In this document: positions 26,681 through 39,508 of the stretch, in pieces
Layout: the number at the start of each line of letters is the position of its first letter
Numbering within the stretch: position 1 is the stretch's first letter
DNA from: Macrostomum lignano
Taxonomy: Eukaryota
Direction: 5' to 3'
DNA: 64,000 nucleotides
Assembly (NCBI GenBank): GCA_002269645.1
Contig: NIVC01000102.1
Span: 391,950 to 455,949, forward strand
Notes under the pieces: generated by a model
Database searches by the model: none
Seen by the model: only the letters and a program-made list of their open reading frames with translations
Told to the model about the DNA's origin: nothing
Position numbers and translations under genes: made by a program

Positions 26681-27419
26681 TAGCAAGGAGTTAGTGAAGT
26701 TTTTGGCATACTCTTTATATCAGTATGTGCTAAAAATTTTGTGATGCCACAGAGGAATTTTGGGTCTTTAAACATGACATGATATTTTTCATTTTTAACA
26801 TAATCATTTATAGTAGGCCTAACATTAATAAGGTAAAATAAGTTAAAGAAAAATAACTTTTTAGGTCATTACAAAATTCAAGCATTTCTAAAAGTGTTGT
26901 TTATCTGTACTCTCTTGTTTAAAAGTTTAGAATTTTATCTGACATTAATTGAACCTTTTGTAGCACACTTGCATATTGTAACATTCTTCCCCTAGTCCAC
27001 TAGTCTATTGGCACACACTAGGTAAATTTGATCCAACCCTCCCATGTGCAGCATAAAGGGCAAAAATATTCTTGCATGCATAATGCATACTTAGAACTAT
27101 AGGATATGCTCTATATACCTAAAATTTTGCCTATTAAAACTGGCATACACTGAACACCTTGACAGTGGGCCAGTGGCAAAAGATGTAGTAACAATGTCAA
27201 TGTGCATCAGTGTTGGTATGCATTTCAAAATGTTAGCATGCATGGTATGCAACTAAAAAATGTTAATGGGCAATCTGTTAGATGGCAATCATTGCTTAAC
27301 TAACTAGTTTTGATAGAAAATCACTGTTTATATAAGTTAATTAAAAAGTCATTTAGATAGTCAGGCTGTATACATTCAGTTTTGGAAGGCAATCATTTTG
27401 CAAACTGAAGTTACACATG

Positions 27420-27910
27420 CTGGAGACTCTAGATGTTGGCCATTGATGCCAACTGAAATGCCAAGTGGGGGCTAAAGCTACACGTTGATGCCAAGGGCTT
27501 CTTGTAGCTTTGCAGTAGACACAAGCGTCACCTGCGCTCTGGTGTCAAATAGCCACTGACATGACTTGCTGGCAATGCTGAGCAGGGCTGATGATGGCCC
27601 ACGGTCACCAGTCCTAGAAGCAATTTTCCAAAGCTAGAGTTAGACAGGCCTCAGTGCGGTGCCCTCTGCCCAAGCAGCGGTAGCAAGTGATCTGGGGCAC
27701 TGAAGTAGACTGTCGGCCTGGGCACTGGGTGGCAAAGTCGTCAGGCATTAAGCAGTTGAAGCACTTGCTGCGACCACCTCTTCCTCGACTGCTGCCTCTT
27801 CCTTCGCCCTGTTGTCCGCCGCCCATACCGGATTGCTTTTTGTTGCCGCTATGCTAGCCGTCGCTCCCCTGTTGCCGCTATGCTAGCCGTCGCTCCCCTG
27901 TTGCCATTGA
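27420..27910 (-). mobile_element. LTR retrotransposon gag-protease fragment
   Basis: Zinc knuckles CFNCLMPDDFATQC and CYRCLGRGHRTEAC, followed by WLFDTRAQVTLVS (aspartic protease DTG mutated to DTR). Confidence 0.8.
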
Positions 27911-28014
27911 TGCACTTTGTATCCAGATCTAATTAGCTGCCGAGGCAAAGTTTACTTATACTCGCGCCTTTTACCCACTCTCAGTGCCGCCGGCTGGCCC
28001 AGACGGACACCTCC

Positions 28015-28383
28015 ATGACCCTGAAATCCAGAGAGCATCAGAAATTCTCTCGCATGGCCGAAGTCGATCCCGAAGCTGAATTCTCGCCAGATCATTCTCC
28101 AGCCGCTAAAGCCGTTGCCAGGGCCAACCGTGTCCACCTGACCCTGTCGCATAAGCCGGGCGTGCCGCTGGGAGAAGTTGAAGTTGAGCGGCTTGTCAAC
28201 GGCATGCTGGTCGCCTCTGTTCCCACAGAATTCCCGGCCTACCATGTGCAGCTGGCTGTGAAAGCCGGGCCTCGCTACGAAGAGCCCTGGAGCAGCGGAG
28301 CCAGTCACGTGACCAGGCGAATGCTCGGCCTGGCTTCGAAACCGTTTCGATTTGCTGTCAATCAGAATCGGACTCTGCAACAG
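28015..28383 (+). CDS. UQCRC2: Cytochrome b-c1 complex core protein 2 (M16 family), exon 1
   Basis: RLVNGMLVAS..AVKAGPRYE..GASH; donor CAG|gtgtgt, phase 0; true start codon uncertain. Confidence 0.85.
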
Positions 28384-28499
28384 GTGTGTTTCAGTCCCCA
28401 AGGCTCTCCCCAGCAACACCATAATCCCTAATCCCAAATAATCATCCCACAATCCCATGCTTATCAGAAAATTTCATGCTAACCACCTTATTCCTACAG

Positions 28500-28960
28500 T
28501 AATCTCTTCACCATACGCTAATAATCCTCCTAATCCTATAAAATAATCCCTATTTATTTTCCAAATTCAATAAGCCCTAAATGATCCCATAATCCCTAAA
28601 TAGTCCCCAGATCCCATACGATCCCTAAATATCCTCAGATCCCTAAATAATCCCTAAATAATCCTTAGATCCCATAATCCCTAAATAATCCTTAGATCCC
28701 ATAATCCCTAAATAATCCTTAGATCCCATAATCCCTAAATAATCCTTAGATCCCATAATCCTTAAATAATCCTCAGATCCCATATAATCCCTAAATCATC
28801 CCCAGATCCCATAATCACTAAATAATCGCAACATCCCATGATCCCTAAATAATCCCCAAATCCGATAATCCCAAAGTCCCTAACTAATCCCAATATCTGG
28901 CAATCCCTATATAGTCCCCATGTCTCACAATCCCTAAATAATCCCCAAACCCCACTCAAA
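28500..28960. repeat. Intronic minisatellite (atcccataatccctaaataatccttag, 27 bp core units)
   Basis: Direct reading; lies in UQCRC2 intron 1. Confidence 0.85.
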
Positions 28961-28975
28961 TCCTCACACCCTCAG

Positions 28976-29470
28976 GTGGGCGCCAACGTGGAGTTCCGCG
29001 GCCTCCGCGAGCTCAACGCCTACTCAATGTCGCACTATAAATTCCGAGACGAAGCCGTTGACATCGCCGCCACGGCGTTCGCCTTCGCCAGCACCCAGCC
29101 GGCATTCTATCCCTGGGAGATCAAGCGGAACGCCGAGTTGATTCGGTCCGACCTCGCCCACATCCGCGGCAGCACCGCCTTCCTAGCCGAGCGGTTCCAC
29201 TCTGTGGCCTACAAAACCGGCCTGGCCAACTCTCTGTTCTGCCCGGAGCACCGCGTCGGCGAGGTGAACGCCGACGTCTTGGAGGAGTACTTCGCCCAGT
29301 TCTACACACCCGACAGGTTCGCTCTGGTTGGCGTTGGCCTGCCAATGGCCACTATGAAGGATCTGGCTCACAAGCTGTGCTATCTGGAGCCTAAGCAGTT
29401 GCCGCAGGCGCCAGCTAGCCAGTGGCGTGGCGGCGAATGTCGCTACGATAATGGCAATCCTACCGTCCAG
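28976..29470 (+). CDS. UQCRC2: UQCRC2 exon 2
   Basis: ctcag|GTG; GLANSLFCPEHRVGEV..FALVGVG; donor CAG|gtaaac. Confidence 0.92.
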
Positions 29471-29534
29471 GTAAACGCGGGGTTTATATGTAAATCATTG
29501 TGTGTGCTGAGCCATTTCTTGACCTCTTGACCCC

Positions 29535-30320
29535 TCTCAGTAATTTGTCCTCACTTGTCCTCAGTTGACCTCCAGTAATTTGTCCTCAGTTGACCTCCAG
29601 TCATTTGTCCTCAGTTGACCTCCAGTCATTTGTCCTCAGTTGACCTCCAGTCATTTGTCCTCAGTTGACCTCCAGTCATTTGTCCTCAGTTGACCTCCAG
29701 TCATTTGTCCTCAGTTGACCTCCAGTCATTTGTCCTCAGTTGACCTCCAGTTATTTGTCTTCAGTTGACCTCCAGTCATTTGTCCTCAGTTGACCTCCAG
29801 TCATTTGTCCTCAGTTGACCTCCAGTCATTTGTCTTCAGTTGACCTCCAGTCATTTGTCCTCAGTTGACCTCCAGTTATTTGTCTTCAGTTGACCTCCAG
29901 TCATTTGTCCTCAGTTGACCTCCAGTCATTTGTCCTCAGTTGACCCCAGTAATTATTTGTCTTCAGTTGACCTCCAGTCATTTGTCCTCAGTTGACCTCC
30001 AGTTATTTGTCTTCAGTTGACCTCCAGTCATTTGTCCTCAGTTGACCCCAGTAATTATTTGTCCTCAGTTGACCCCAGTAATTATTTGTCCTCAGTTGAC
30101 CCCAGTAATTATTTGTCCTCAGTTGACCCCAGTAATTATTTGTCCTCAGTTGACCCCAGTAATTATTTGTCCTCAGTTGACCCCAGTAATTATTTGTCCT
30201 CAGTTGACCCCAGTAATTATTTGTCCTCAGTTGACCCCAGTAATTATTTGTCCTCAGTTGACCCCAGTAATTATTTGTCCTCAGTTGACCCCAGTAATTA
30301 TTTGTCCTCAGTTGACCCCC
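29535..30320. repeat. Intronic minisatellite (25-bp then 27-bp units, tttgtcctcagttgacc..)
   Basis: Direct reading; lies in UQCRC2 intron 2. Confidence 0.95.
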
Positions 30321-30343
30321 AACCCCATCGCCATCCCCACCAG

Positions 30344-30928
30344 ATGCTAATCGGTGTCGAAGGCCGGCCCCTGGGCAGCGCGGACTCCGCGGCCCAGACG
30401 GTGCTGACCGCCCTGCTGTGTGGCGGGCCCGGCCTGCTGTGGGACTCTGGCCGGCTGTCACCGATTGGCGCCGCCGCCGCCTCGGCCGTGAAGTCCTCCG
30501 CGCCATGCGCCGTCAGCGGCGTGAACCTGCAGTATTCGGACTCTGGCGTGCTCGGCTTTCACATTATCTGCGGCTACGAGGACGCTGGATCGGTTGCCAA
30601 GGCGGTTGCCGGGGCCTTCCGCCAGTTGGCCAGGTCGGGCGTGGCCGAAGCCGACGTGAACTCGGCCAAAGCGGTGGCCGGCCGCCTGGCCGCAGAGGCA
30701 AAGCTGCAGCCGCAGGACCGCCTGACCGAACTGGCCAACCGCCTGCTGCACTCCCAGCCCGGCCCCGATGGAATTCCGGTTGTTGACGACGCCACTGACG
30801 AGTCTGCCATCGCCAAGGTGACCGCCGAGCAGGTGAATCAGCTGCTCAAATCTCTGCTCAAATCCTCGCCCGCCATGGCCAGCATGGGCAGGTTGGACAC
30901 GGTGCCGTTCAAGGACGAACTGTTCTGA
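30344..30928 (+). CDS. UQCRC2: UQCRC2 exon 3
   Basis: ccaccag|ATG; NLQYSDSGVLGFH; C-terminus MASMGRLDTVPFKDELF matches core-2 GNLGHTPFVDEL; about 482 aa total. Confidence 0.92.
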   Translation: MLIGVEGRPLGSADSAAQTVLTALLCGGPGLLWDSGRLSPIGAAAASAVKSSAPCAVSGVNLQYSDSGVLGFHIICGYEDAGSVAKAVAGAFRQLARSGVAEADVNSAKAVAGRLAAEAKLQPQDRLTELANRLLHSQPGPDGIPVVDDATDESAIAKVTAEQVNQLLKSLLKSSPAMASMGRLDTVPFKDELF

Positions 30929-31439
30929 TTTCAGCAACTGGATTGGAAACCCAATAAGGGGTTGTCGTCTGTTTTTAATTTGAACTTGGGAAATGATTGA
31001 TTTAAATTCAGCGCGTGACAACAACTGCAACTTTAGCCCTATAAATAATATTAATTAGAAGCGCTTACTATACTACTACTACTCTGATTACTACATTTAG
31101 TAACTAGACAACAAGAAGGCAAAAACTCTATAGATCTGAACACTTTCCTCCTGTTTGTGTTGTTTTTTTTTCATTCTCAGTTTGTGACTGACAGCTAACG
31201 AACTGAACTACCTTAATTGTTAGAAAGATATGATAAAAAATAGTTAATTATATTTACAACAAAATACACACACTGCGAAGACAAATGTCCTGCTTAAAAA
31301 TAAAATATGGATTTTGTGTCTGTTTGTTTGTTTGAAAAACCTGGATAGAACTGGAAGAGCACAAAAATAGGCAAAAATACCTGCAAAATAAAATAATCGC
31401 GCGGCGCATCTGAAAGCTGCGTACGTACGGCTGTTCAGT

Positions 31440-32350
31440 CCAAGGATGTCTTACTCAAAGGAACTCCTGCTAAAATGATCTTAAAAAACAACACTGAGAG
31501 TAGAGCAGGTGCTCAACAAGATGCAGGCAGGTTTCAGAAAAGGACCGCTGTAACACAACAGCAAATTAACAACAACTGCAACTATTGTGTACGAAAAGGC
31601 TATAGACATCACCAAAAGATCATCTACAAAAAGAGCTTTGGCGAACAATGAAAAAGTACAACATCGGAGAAGGCACCACAAGAGTATTAATTAGGCGACT
31701 GTATGAAGAAGCTAAGACCAAGGTCCAAGGATGTATCATAGGTCGGAATGGACATCTCACGAAAGTTTTGCATAGAAGTCATGAGAGAAAAGAGCAGGGA
31801 ATGGTGAAGACAAAGTCAGACTAGGAATTGTGATTAGAGTGATTAGAGTGGTTTGAAGAATCGCCTCAAAATCACAATTGAAGGCGGTCACATATGGGCG
31901 ACACTGCTCTGTGGGTGTCAGAGCTCGACTCTAGGGAAGAAAATGATGGAGACACTCAGGGTTTCTAAGGAATGCTAAGGATTTCATGGAAAGAGAAAAT
32001 AAAATTCCTGCCTGGCCTTGGGGAAAAGTAAAGGATGAGGTATTGGGAATTAGGAACCAGAATCTATGGAGGAGATCATCAAGCGGAGAAAGCTCAAATA
32101 TTACGGACAACAGACGAGGAGGAGAGCCATGGCAAATGTCTGCGTTCAACGAGAAATTGAAGGTGAAAGAAGAAGAGGAAGACCGAAAAGGTAGTGGGGA
32201 ATCAAGATGCCCACTGAAAGAATGGACCGGATGGACAATGCAGAGCTGGTAAGAAGAGCAGGGAAAGACAGGCAGTGGTGGCGGAAGCTGGTGCATGAAT
32301 GAGTGCGCCGACGGCCATGACTGCTACGGTAGAGAAGAAGAAGAAGACTG
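31440..32350 (+). mobile_element. Degenerate RTE-clade LINE (RT C-terminal half and 3' tail)
   Basis: Remnants MQAGFRKG, GISWKEKI, EEIIKRRKLKYYGQ..IEGERRRGRPKR*W, LKEWTG, DRQWWRKLV; (gaa)n tail at about 32335. Confidence 0.8.
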
Positions 32351-32900
32351 GTTTTACCAGTTTTACCGGTGTTCTACCGGTTCTACTGGTTCTACCGATG
32401 TTCTACCGGTTCTTACCTGTGTTCTTCCGTTCTTACCTGTGTTCTACCGGTTTCACTTATGTTCTACCTGTGTTCTACCGATTTTACTTGTGTTCTACTG
32501 GTTCTACCTACTTTCTACCGGTTCTACCTGTGTTCTACCGGTTTTAGCAGTGTTCTACCGGTTCTACCTGTGTTCTACCGGTTCTACATGCTTTCTACCG
32601 GTTCTACCTGTGTTCTACCGGTTTTAGCAGTGTTCTACCGGTTCTACCTGCTTTCTACCGGTTCTACCTGTGTTCTACGGTTCTAACTGCTTTTTACCGG
32701 TTCAACCCGTGTTCTACCGGTTTTATCAGTGTTCTACCGTTTTTACCTGTGTTCTACCGATTTTACTTGTGTTCTACTGGTTCTACCTGCTTTCTACCCG
32801 TTCTACCTGTGTTCTACCGGTTCTAACTGTTCTACTGGTTTCTACCGATTCTACATGCGGTCTACCACGGTTTCACAGGTTCTAAATTTGTTCTACCAGC
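32350..32900. repeat. gttctaccg/gttctacct low-complexity repeat
   Basis: Direct reading. Confidence 0.9.
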
Positions 32901-33054
32901 ACGAAATACTAATTGCAAACAAAAACTATTTACTTCCGAGTCTTAAAGGTGCTTGCATACGAGCGTACATGTACTTACACTCGTATTTGTAGCTGTTTAT
33001 TTAGTAAACTAATAGTTACCGCATCTAATTAGCACACTGTTTGCTATTTGATCA

Positions 33055-33434
33055 CTACTCAACTGTCTCAGTCTCCGTGTTCTCATCATCATTCAGCATC
33101 TCCTTCTCAAGCGAAAATCGTTGGACATTGGGCTTAGCAGCTTCAATCTTGGCCTTCCAGTACTGCAGTCGGCGAATGTCCCGGAGGTAGGCCTCGGCAA
33201 TGAAGCGCTTCAACAGCCGGTCGGACATGCCCCTGCGGGTCTTGTAGCGCATCAGGGTGATGAGGCGGTGCAGCTGCCAGAACAGGGCGTAGGCGCTGAA
33301 GAACAGGTAGAACAGCAGCAGCAGGGCCACCAGGCCCGGAATGCCACCGTTAAATACTTCTTCGATTTCTGTCCAGGCCAGCCGCATCGCCTCCATCACC
33401 AGCATCTCGGGCAGGGTGCCGTTGTATGTGCAGT
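33055..33434 (-). CDS. ZPBP/Sp38-like type I membrane protein, exon 5 (TM + cytoplasmic tail)
   Basis: ctgcag|AC phase 1; GIPGLVALLLLFYLFFSAYALFW transmembrane segment; stop at 33055. Confidence 0.75.
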
Positions 33435-33444
33435 CTGCAGTGGG

Positions 33445-34050
33445 GGGTTCCTGTTTTCAAATTCTCTTCCAGTCTCATCATTGTATTCACATTCTTTCCC
33501 AGCTTCATCTGCTCAGATTCCCTCCCAGCTTCATTACTGCTCAGATTCCCTTCCAGCTTCATTACTGCTCAGATTCTCTCCCAGCCTCACCAACTGCTCA
33601 GATTCTCTCCCAGCCTACTCATTGTACTCACATTCTTTCCTAGCCTCATCAACTCCTTAGATAAACTCCCAGCCTCATCAATTTCGGAGACTTTCCCAGC
33701 CTCACCAGCTGCTCAGATTCTCTTCCAGGATAATCTTTGTACTCACATTCTTTCAGCTACATCAACTTCTCATGAAGATTCTCTCCCAGCCTCATCAACT
33801 GCTCAGATTCTCTCCCAGCCTCATCAACTGCTCAGATTCTCTTCCAGCCTCATCAACTGCTCAGATTCTCTTCCAGCCTCATCAACTGCTCAGATTCTCT
33901 CCCAGCCTCATTATTGTACTCATATTCCCAGCTTCATTAACTGCTCAGATTTATCCGCCAGTCTCATCAACTGCTCACATTCTCTTACAGCTTCATCAAT
34001 TGCCCAGCTTTCTCTTGGTGCATCCAGCCTCCTGTCATTCATCAACTGGC
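33445..34050. repeat. Intronic minisatellite (ctcagattctctcccagcctcatcaactg)
   Basis: Direct reading. Confidence 0.9.
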
Positions 34051-34067
34051 CAATGAATTCTACTCAC

Positions 34068-34455
34068 TTTTCTTGCTCACGCTTCCAGCTTTATCGGTGA
34101 CAAAAAAGTCTGGACAGGGTGTGCCCTGCACCTGGCCCCAGCCATTAATGTAGTGATCGTTCGGCACTTTAAAACAGTTCAGCCCGTTAGTGCCGTAGTA
34201 ACCAGGCGGGCAGGCTAAGCACAGAACAGCTTTTCCATTGCTCCCTAATGATTCCGTCAGCTTCAGTGTGGTCAAGTTGGCTGGCGCAAAGCCGGCCGGG
34301 CAGATACTGTTGGAGTAGATTCTCAGAGAGTAGTTCAGCGCATCCACTGGAGCGTCTGTGAGCTCCTGGTTTGGCATGCGAAGCTTTCTGCAACCGTTTG
34401 GGGGTGAGGTATGGATTCGTGCACACAGAATGCTCGATGACGCTGTTTGTGGTAT
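34068..34455 (-). CDS. ZPBP/Sp38-like protein, exon 4 (Cys-rich GCC2/GCC3-like region)
   Basis: catag|ATA; ICPAGF..CLACPPGYYGTNGLNC..PCPDFFVTDKAG; donor A|gtgagt. Confidence 0.75.
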
Positions 34456-34462
34456 CTATGGA

Positions 34463-35155
34463 TGCCCCTTGGTGCTAAAGCCCCTTGGTGCTAAAGCCTC
34501 TTGGTGCTAAAGCCCCTTGGTGCTAAAGCCCCTTGGTGCTAAAGCCCCTTGGTGCTAAAGCCCCTTGGTGCTAAAGCCCCTTGGTGCTAAAGCCCCTTGG
34601 TGCTAAAGCCCCTTGGTGCTAAAGCCCCTTGGTGCTAAAGCCCCTTGGTGCTAAAGCCCCTTGGTGCTAAAGCCCCTTGGTGCTAAAGCCCCTTGGTGCT
34701 AAAGCCCCTTGGTGCTAAAGCCCCTTGGTGCTAAAGCCCCTTGGTGCTAAAGCCCCTTGGTGCTAAAGCCCCTTGGTGCTAAAGCCCCTTGGTGCTAAAG
34801 CCCCTTGGTGCTAAAGCCCCTTGGTGCTAAAGCCCCTTGGTGCTAAAGCCCCTTGGTGCTAAAGCCCCTTGGTGCTAAAGCCTCTTGGTGCTAAAGCCCC
34901 TTGGTGCTAAAGCCCCTTGGTGCTAAAGCCCCTTGGTGCTAAAGCCCCTTGGTGCTAAAGCCCCTTGGTGCTAAAGCCCCTTGGTGCTAAAGCCCCTTGG
35001 TGCTAAAGCCCCTTGGTGCTAAAGCCCCTTGGTGCTAAAGCCCCTTGGTGCTAAAGCCCCTTGGTGCTAAAGCCCCTTGGTGCTAAAGCCCCTTGGTGCT
35101 AAAGCCCCTTGGTGCTAAAGCCCCTTGGTGCTAAAGCCCCTTGGTGCTAAAGCCC
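34463..35155. repeat. Near-perfect 16-bp minisatellite (ccccttggtgctaaag), about 43 copies
   Basis: Direct reading. Confidence 0.98.
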
Positions 35156-35191
35156 TATACATGAAGGCCTCTACAAACGAATTCACCTCAC

Positions 35192-35509
35192 AGTCGCTCG
35201 CTCCTCAGCGAAGTTGTCCAGAATCTGGACTGAGGCCTCGCTGAACTGCAGCACAACAGAATGTCGGCCTTCCAGCAGCCGCTGCCAGCAGGCCTTCATC
35301 CTGGGGTCGCAGAGGTCCTCCAGCCTGTTTGACATTCTCATTCGAAGCACAAAGTTCACGTAGAAGGTGAAGTCCTTCGCCAGTCCAGTGACTCTGGCGG
35401 ACCGCAGTTCTGTCAGCAAGTCGGTCAGGGGACTTCTGTCGAATGCGGTTGCCGAGTCAAACAGGTGCGGGAATTCCAGTTCGGGACTCCGGACTGGGGC
35501 AACCACCGC
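35192..35509 (-). CDS. ZPBP/Sp38-like protein, exon 3
   Basis: ccgcag|GCG to ACT|gtgagg, phase 0 at both ends, open frame. Confidence 0.7.
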
Positions 35510-35534
35510 CTGCGGTTTTGAGGTTGTTATTGGG

Positions 35535-36115
<581 letters not shown>

Positions 36116-36167
36116 TTTGGAGTGTTGCTCTGAGCAATATGGCTTGAAGGTGCAATCCCAGACTCAC

Positions 36168-36386
36168 CTCAATGCAGAGCTCATTTCTGATGCACCATTC
36201 GCGCACAAAGTCCACTTGGCCGAGGTAATCGACAAACTCAGTGAAATTCTGTCTGTACAAGAAGCCCAAAGTGACTGCCGAAGTCAGCGTCGGGCTCTCG
36301 TAGAAGTTGATCTTGTGAGCCGAGGTCAAGGTGGAGTCGGTGGTCCAGTCGTACAGCATGCACTCCAACTGGACCACGTGAAAAGT
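36168..36386 (-). CDS. ZPBP/Sp38-like protein, exon 2
   Basis: gtcgcag|ACT to GAG|gtgagt, phase 0; TFHVVQLECMLYD. Confidence 0.7.
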
Positions 36387-36464
36387 CTGCGACAGTCATG
36401 TCTTTGTATGTAGCTGTTGACACTTGCATGGTCTTGTCTGACGTTACAGTCATACTATTTATGT

Positions 36465-37700
36465 CTCTCTACCTGACACCCACTGTCTCTCTACTTGACA
36501 CCCAACTGTCTCTCTACCTGACACCCCACTGTCTCTCTACCTGACACCCCACTGTCTCTCTACCTGACACCCCACTGTCTCTCTACCTGACACCCCACTG
36601 TCTCTCTACCAGAAAGTCCATGTATCTACCAGAAAGTCCATGTATCTGCCAGAAAGTCCTGTTTCCACTTGAAAGTCCTGTGTCTACCTGAAAGTCGTGT
36701 CTACCTGAAAGTCCTGTGTCTACCTGAAAGTCCTGTGTCTACCTGAAAGTCATGTGTCTACCTGAAAATCCTGTGTCCACCTGAAAGTCTTGTGTCTACC
36801 TGAAAGTCAAGTGTCTACCTGAAAGTCAAGTGTCTACCTGAAAGTCAAGTGTCTACCTGAAAGTCATGTGTCTACCTGAAAGTCTTGTGTCTACCTGAAA
36901 GTCATGTGTCTACCTGAAAGTCAAGTGTCTACCTGAAAGTCAAGTGTCTACCTGAAAGTCAAGTGTCTACCTGAAAGTCAAGTGTCTACCTGGAAGTCAT
37001 GTGTCTACCTGAAAGTCAAGTGTCTACCTGAAAATCCTGTGTCTACCTGAAAGTCCTATGTCCACCTGAAAGTCATGTGTCTACCTGAAAGTCATGTGTC
37101 TACCTGAAAGTCCTGTGTCTACCTGAAAGTCTTGTGTCTACCTGAAAGTCAAGTGTCTACCTGAAAGTCAAGTGTCTACCTGAAAGTCAAGTATCTACCT
37201 GAAAGTCAAGTGTCTACCTGGAAGTCATGTGTCTACCTGAAAGTCAAGTGTCTACCTGAAAATCCTGTGTCTACCTGAAAGTCCTATGTCCACCTGAAAG
37301 TCATGTGTCTACCTGAAAGTCCTGTGTCTACCTGAAAGTCGTGTCTACCTGAAAGTCTTGTGTCTACCTGAAATTCATGTGTCTACCTGAAAGTCCTGTG
37401 TCTACCTGAAAGTCCTGTGTCTACCTGAAAGTCCTGTGTCTACCTGAAAGTCAAGTGTCTACCTGAAAGTCAAGTGTCTACCTGAAAGTCCTGTGTCTAC
37501 CTGAAAGTCCTGTGTCTACCTGAAAGTCAAGTGTCTACCTGAAAGTCAAGTGTCTACCTGAAAGTCCTGTGTCTACATGAAAGTCAAGTGTCTACCTGAA
37601 AGTCCTGTGTCTACCTGAAAGTCAAGTGTCTACCTGAAGGTCAAGTGTCTACCTGAAAGTCATGTGTCTACCTGAAAGTCATGTCTCTACCTGAAAGTCC
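36465..37700. repeat. Intronic minisatellite (mainly 19-bp gtgtctacctgaaagtc(a/c)n)
   Basis: Direct reading. Confidence 0.97.
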
Positions 37701-37740
37701 TGTGTCTCTCCCAACAAAGACAGGTACACGCAGAACTCAC

Positions 37741-38022
37741 ATCGCTGTGATTGGCTGGAACCCTAAGCAGCCGCACAGTCTGATAGAATCCAGACCCGAT
37801 AATGTTACCATCGGACTGGACCCAACGATACAAAGATGTACTGCTGTGCTCTTGATCTATAGTACGGCCCGGCCTAAGCAGTTCCTCGGTCAGGCAGGGA
37901 ATTCGAGCAGTCAGACGAGTCGGGATGAACCAGTTCTTCTGCTTTATCAAGGATTGACTGGGCCAGATGGACCAGAACATCGCCAGTAGAGCTAGTGAGG
38001 CGGAAGACCGAAGCCGGACCAT
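37741..38022 (-). CDS. ZPBP/Sp38-like protein, exon 1 (signal peptide + Ig-like start); 528 aa total
   Basis: MVRLRSSASLALLAMFWSIWPSQS; CLTEELLRPGRTID..YRW resembles ZPBP CVTQQLRNAELIDPSFQW; donor GAT|gtgagt; five exons sum to 1587 nt. Confidence 0.7.
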
Positions 38023-38854
38023 CGTATTGGTAAGCTGGTGGGTTAATCAGCCTATATCATGTTCATAGGCTAAGAGATGTTGCTAAAGAGAATTTCCCTT
38101 CTTATAAGAGCCCCATAGACAGCTTAATAGTCGCCAGTCGCGCGATACGCTCTCTTCAATTCAGTAAGTTGACGCACATTAAGTTTACAGTACTTGCATC
38201 AAAACCGATTCCAACGCTTCCTGATTTGACCATGTTAAAAATTCATCTATCTTTGTTTGTCTATGGCCGAAACGTTCAAGGCAATGAATTTTAAATAATT
38301 ATTTTGAAAAAAAGGATTTGCGCGCAACGGTGGAAACTTTAACATACGATACTGACTGTATTTGAACTCGATCTACAAAGTCCAAGATGATATTTGGAAC
38401 TCGGCGGTTGATCCAGCAGCTCTACCTGTTTAGGGTTGAAATCGAAAAACCGATATAAATGATATTAATTGCCCGCTAATTTTGTCCCACTTTGTCAAGT
38501 ACACAAATGTCTATGGCACAATAATAGTAATACCCATGCTTTAAGGGCGTTAATTGGAAAATCAGAGGGAGCCTAGGCGTGAAGTGAAGTGAAGTGAAGT
38601 GAGGTGAAGCTATTATTAATTTACTATTATTGTTGGTTAACGATATTTTTTCCATGCACTTCAGGGATTTATTGCTACTTAGCGGGAGTCTTAATGTCGA
38701 TATGTCTATGGTTGACACCCAAAAATGATGCTTTTATATTGTGTGCTTTTCACGATATTTTTCCCGTGCATATTTAGCTTTACATAGTGGATTAGAAAAA
38801 GTTTACTTAGTGAGTCATATTGCGGTTTTTTTCGAATCAGTACGAGTGCCAAGC

Positions 38855-39054
38855 ATGGGACATCTGTTGAAGGCATTCGCCGTATTCCCGATGCCTCCAC
38901 CACCGATGCACCTGGGCTCCAACCTGACAATTAGAAGTCGCTACTACGAATCGTTTCTAATTAATGGTGCTTCATTTTCTGCTACAAGCTGCCTGATCTG
39001 TGCGGCGCGGTACGCGTTTGGAGTTCAACTGGCTTCGCTGAGACCGCAAGGACT
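38855..39054 (+). CDS. PIGW: GPI inositol acyltransferase PIG-W/GWT1, exon 1
   Basis: ESFLING segment resembles PIG-W EAFVSNLNG; donor CT|gtgagc phase 2; start ATG uncertain. Confidence 0.65.
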
Positions 39055-39184
39055 GTGAGCTGCCTGCTGGCTGAATGAGCTATTTTGTAGGGTTTTGTCA
39101 GTCAGTTTAATTTTGCTGAGCATGGTGTAGGCATATGTACACTGTCTGTGCCCAAGGCAACTTTTTGTGCAAGAGAAATAATAG

Positions 39185-39460
39185 AGTTGTCAATATTAGG
39201 TTTAGGGTTGTCGATATTAGGTTTCGGGTTGTTGATATTAGGTTTAGGTTTGTCGATATTAGGTTTCGGGTTGTTGATATTAGGTTTAGGTTTGTCGATA
39301 TTAGGTTTAGGGTTGTCGATATTAGGTTTCTGGTTGTAAATATTAGGTTTAAGGTTGTCGATATTAGGTTCAGGGTTATCGATATTTGGCCTACAGTTGC
39401 CAAAATTTATACTAGGTTTGTGATTTTTTGGACTAGGGTTGTAAAATTTAGGTCAACTGG
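39185..39460. repeat. 21-bp intronic minisatellite (gtcgatattaggtttagggtt)
   Basis: Direct reading; second copy at 57960-58260. Confidence 0.9.
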
Positions 39461-39508
39461 TTCAAAATAATAGGCCTAGGGTAACTCTAAAAAAACCATC
39501 CATTTCAG

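Noticed and set aside
30017-30343. SSVDPSNYL repeat as an N-terminal part of the ORF
   Set aside because: Intronic 27-bp satellite in frame by chance; the true exon starts at 30344
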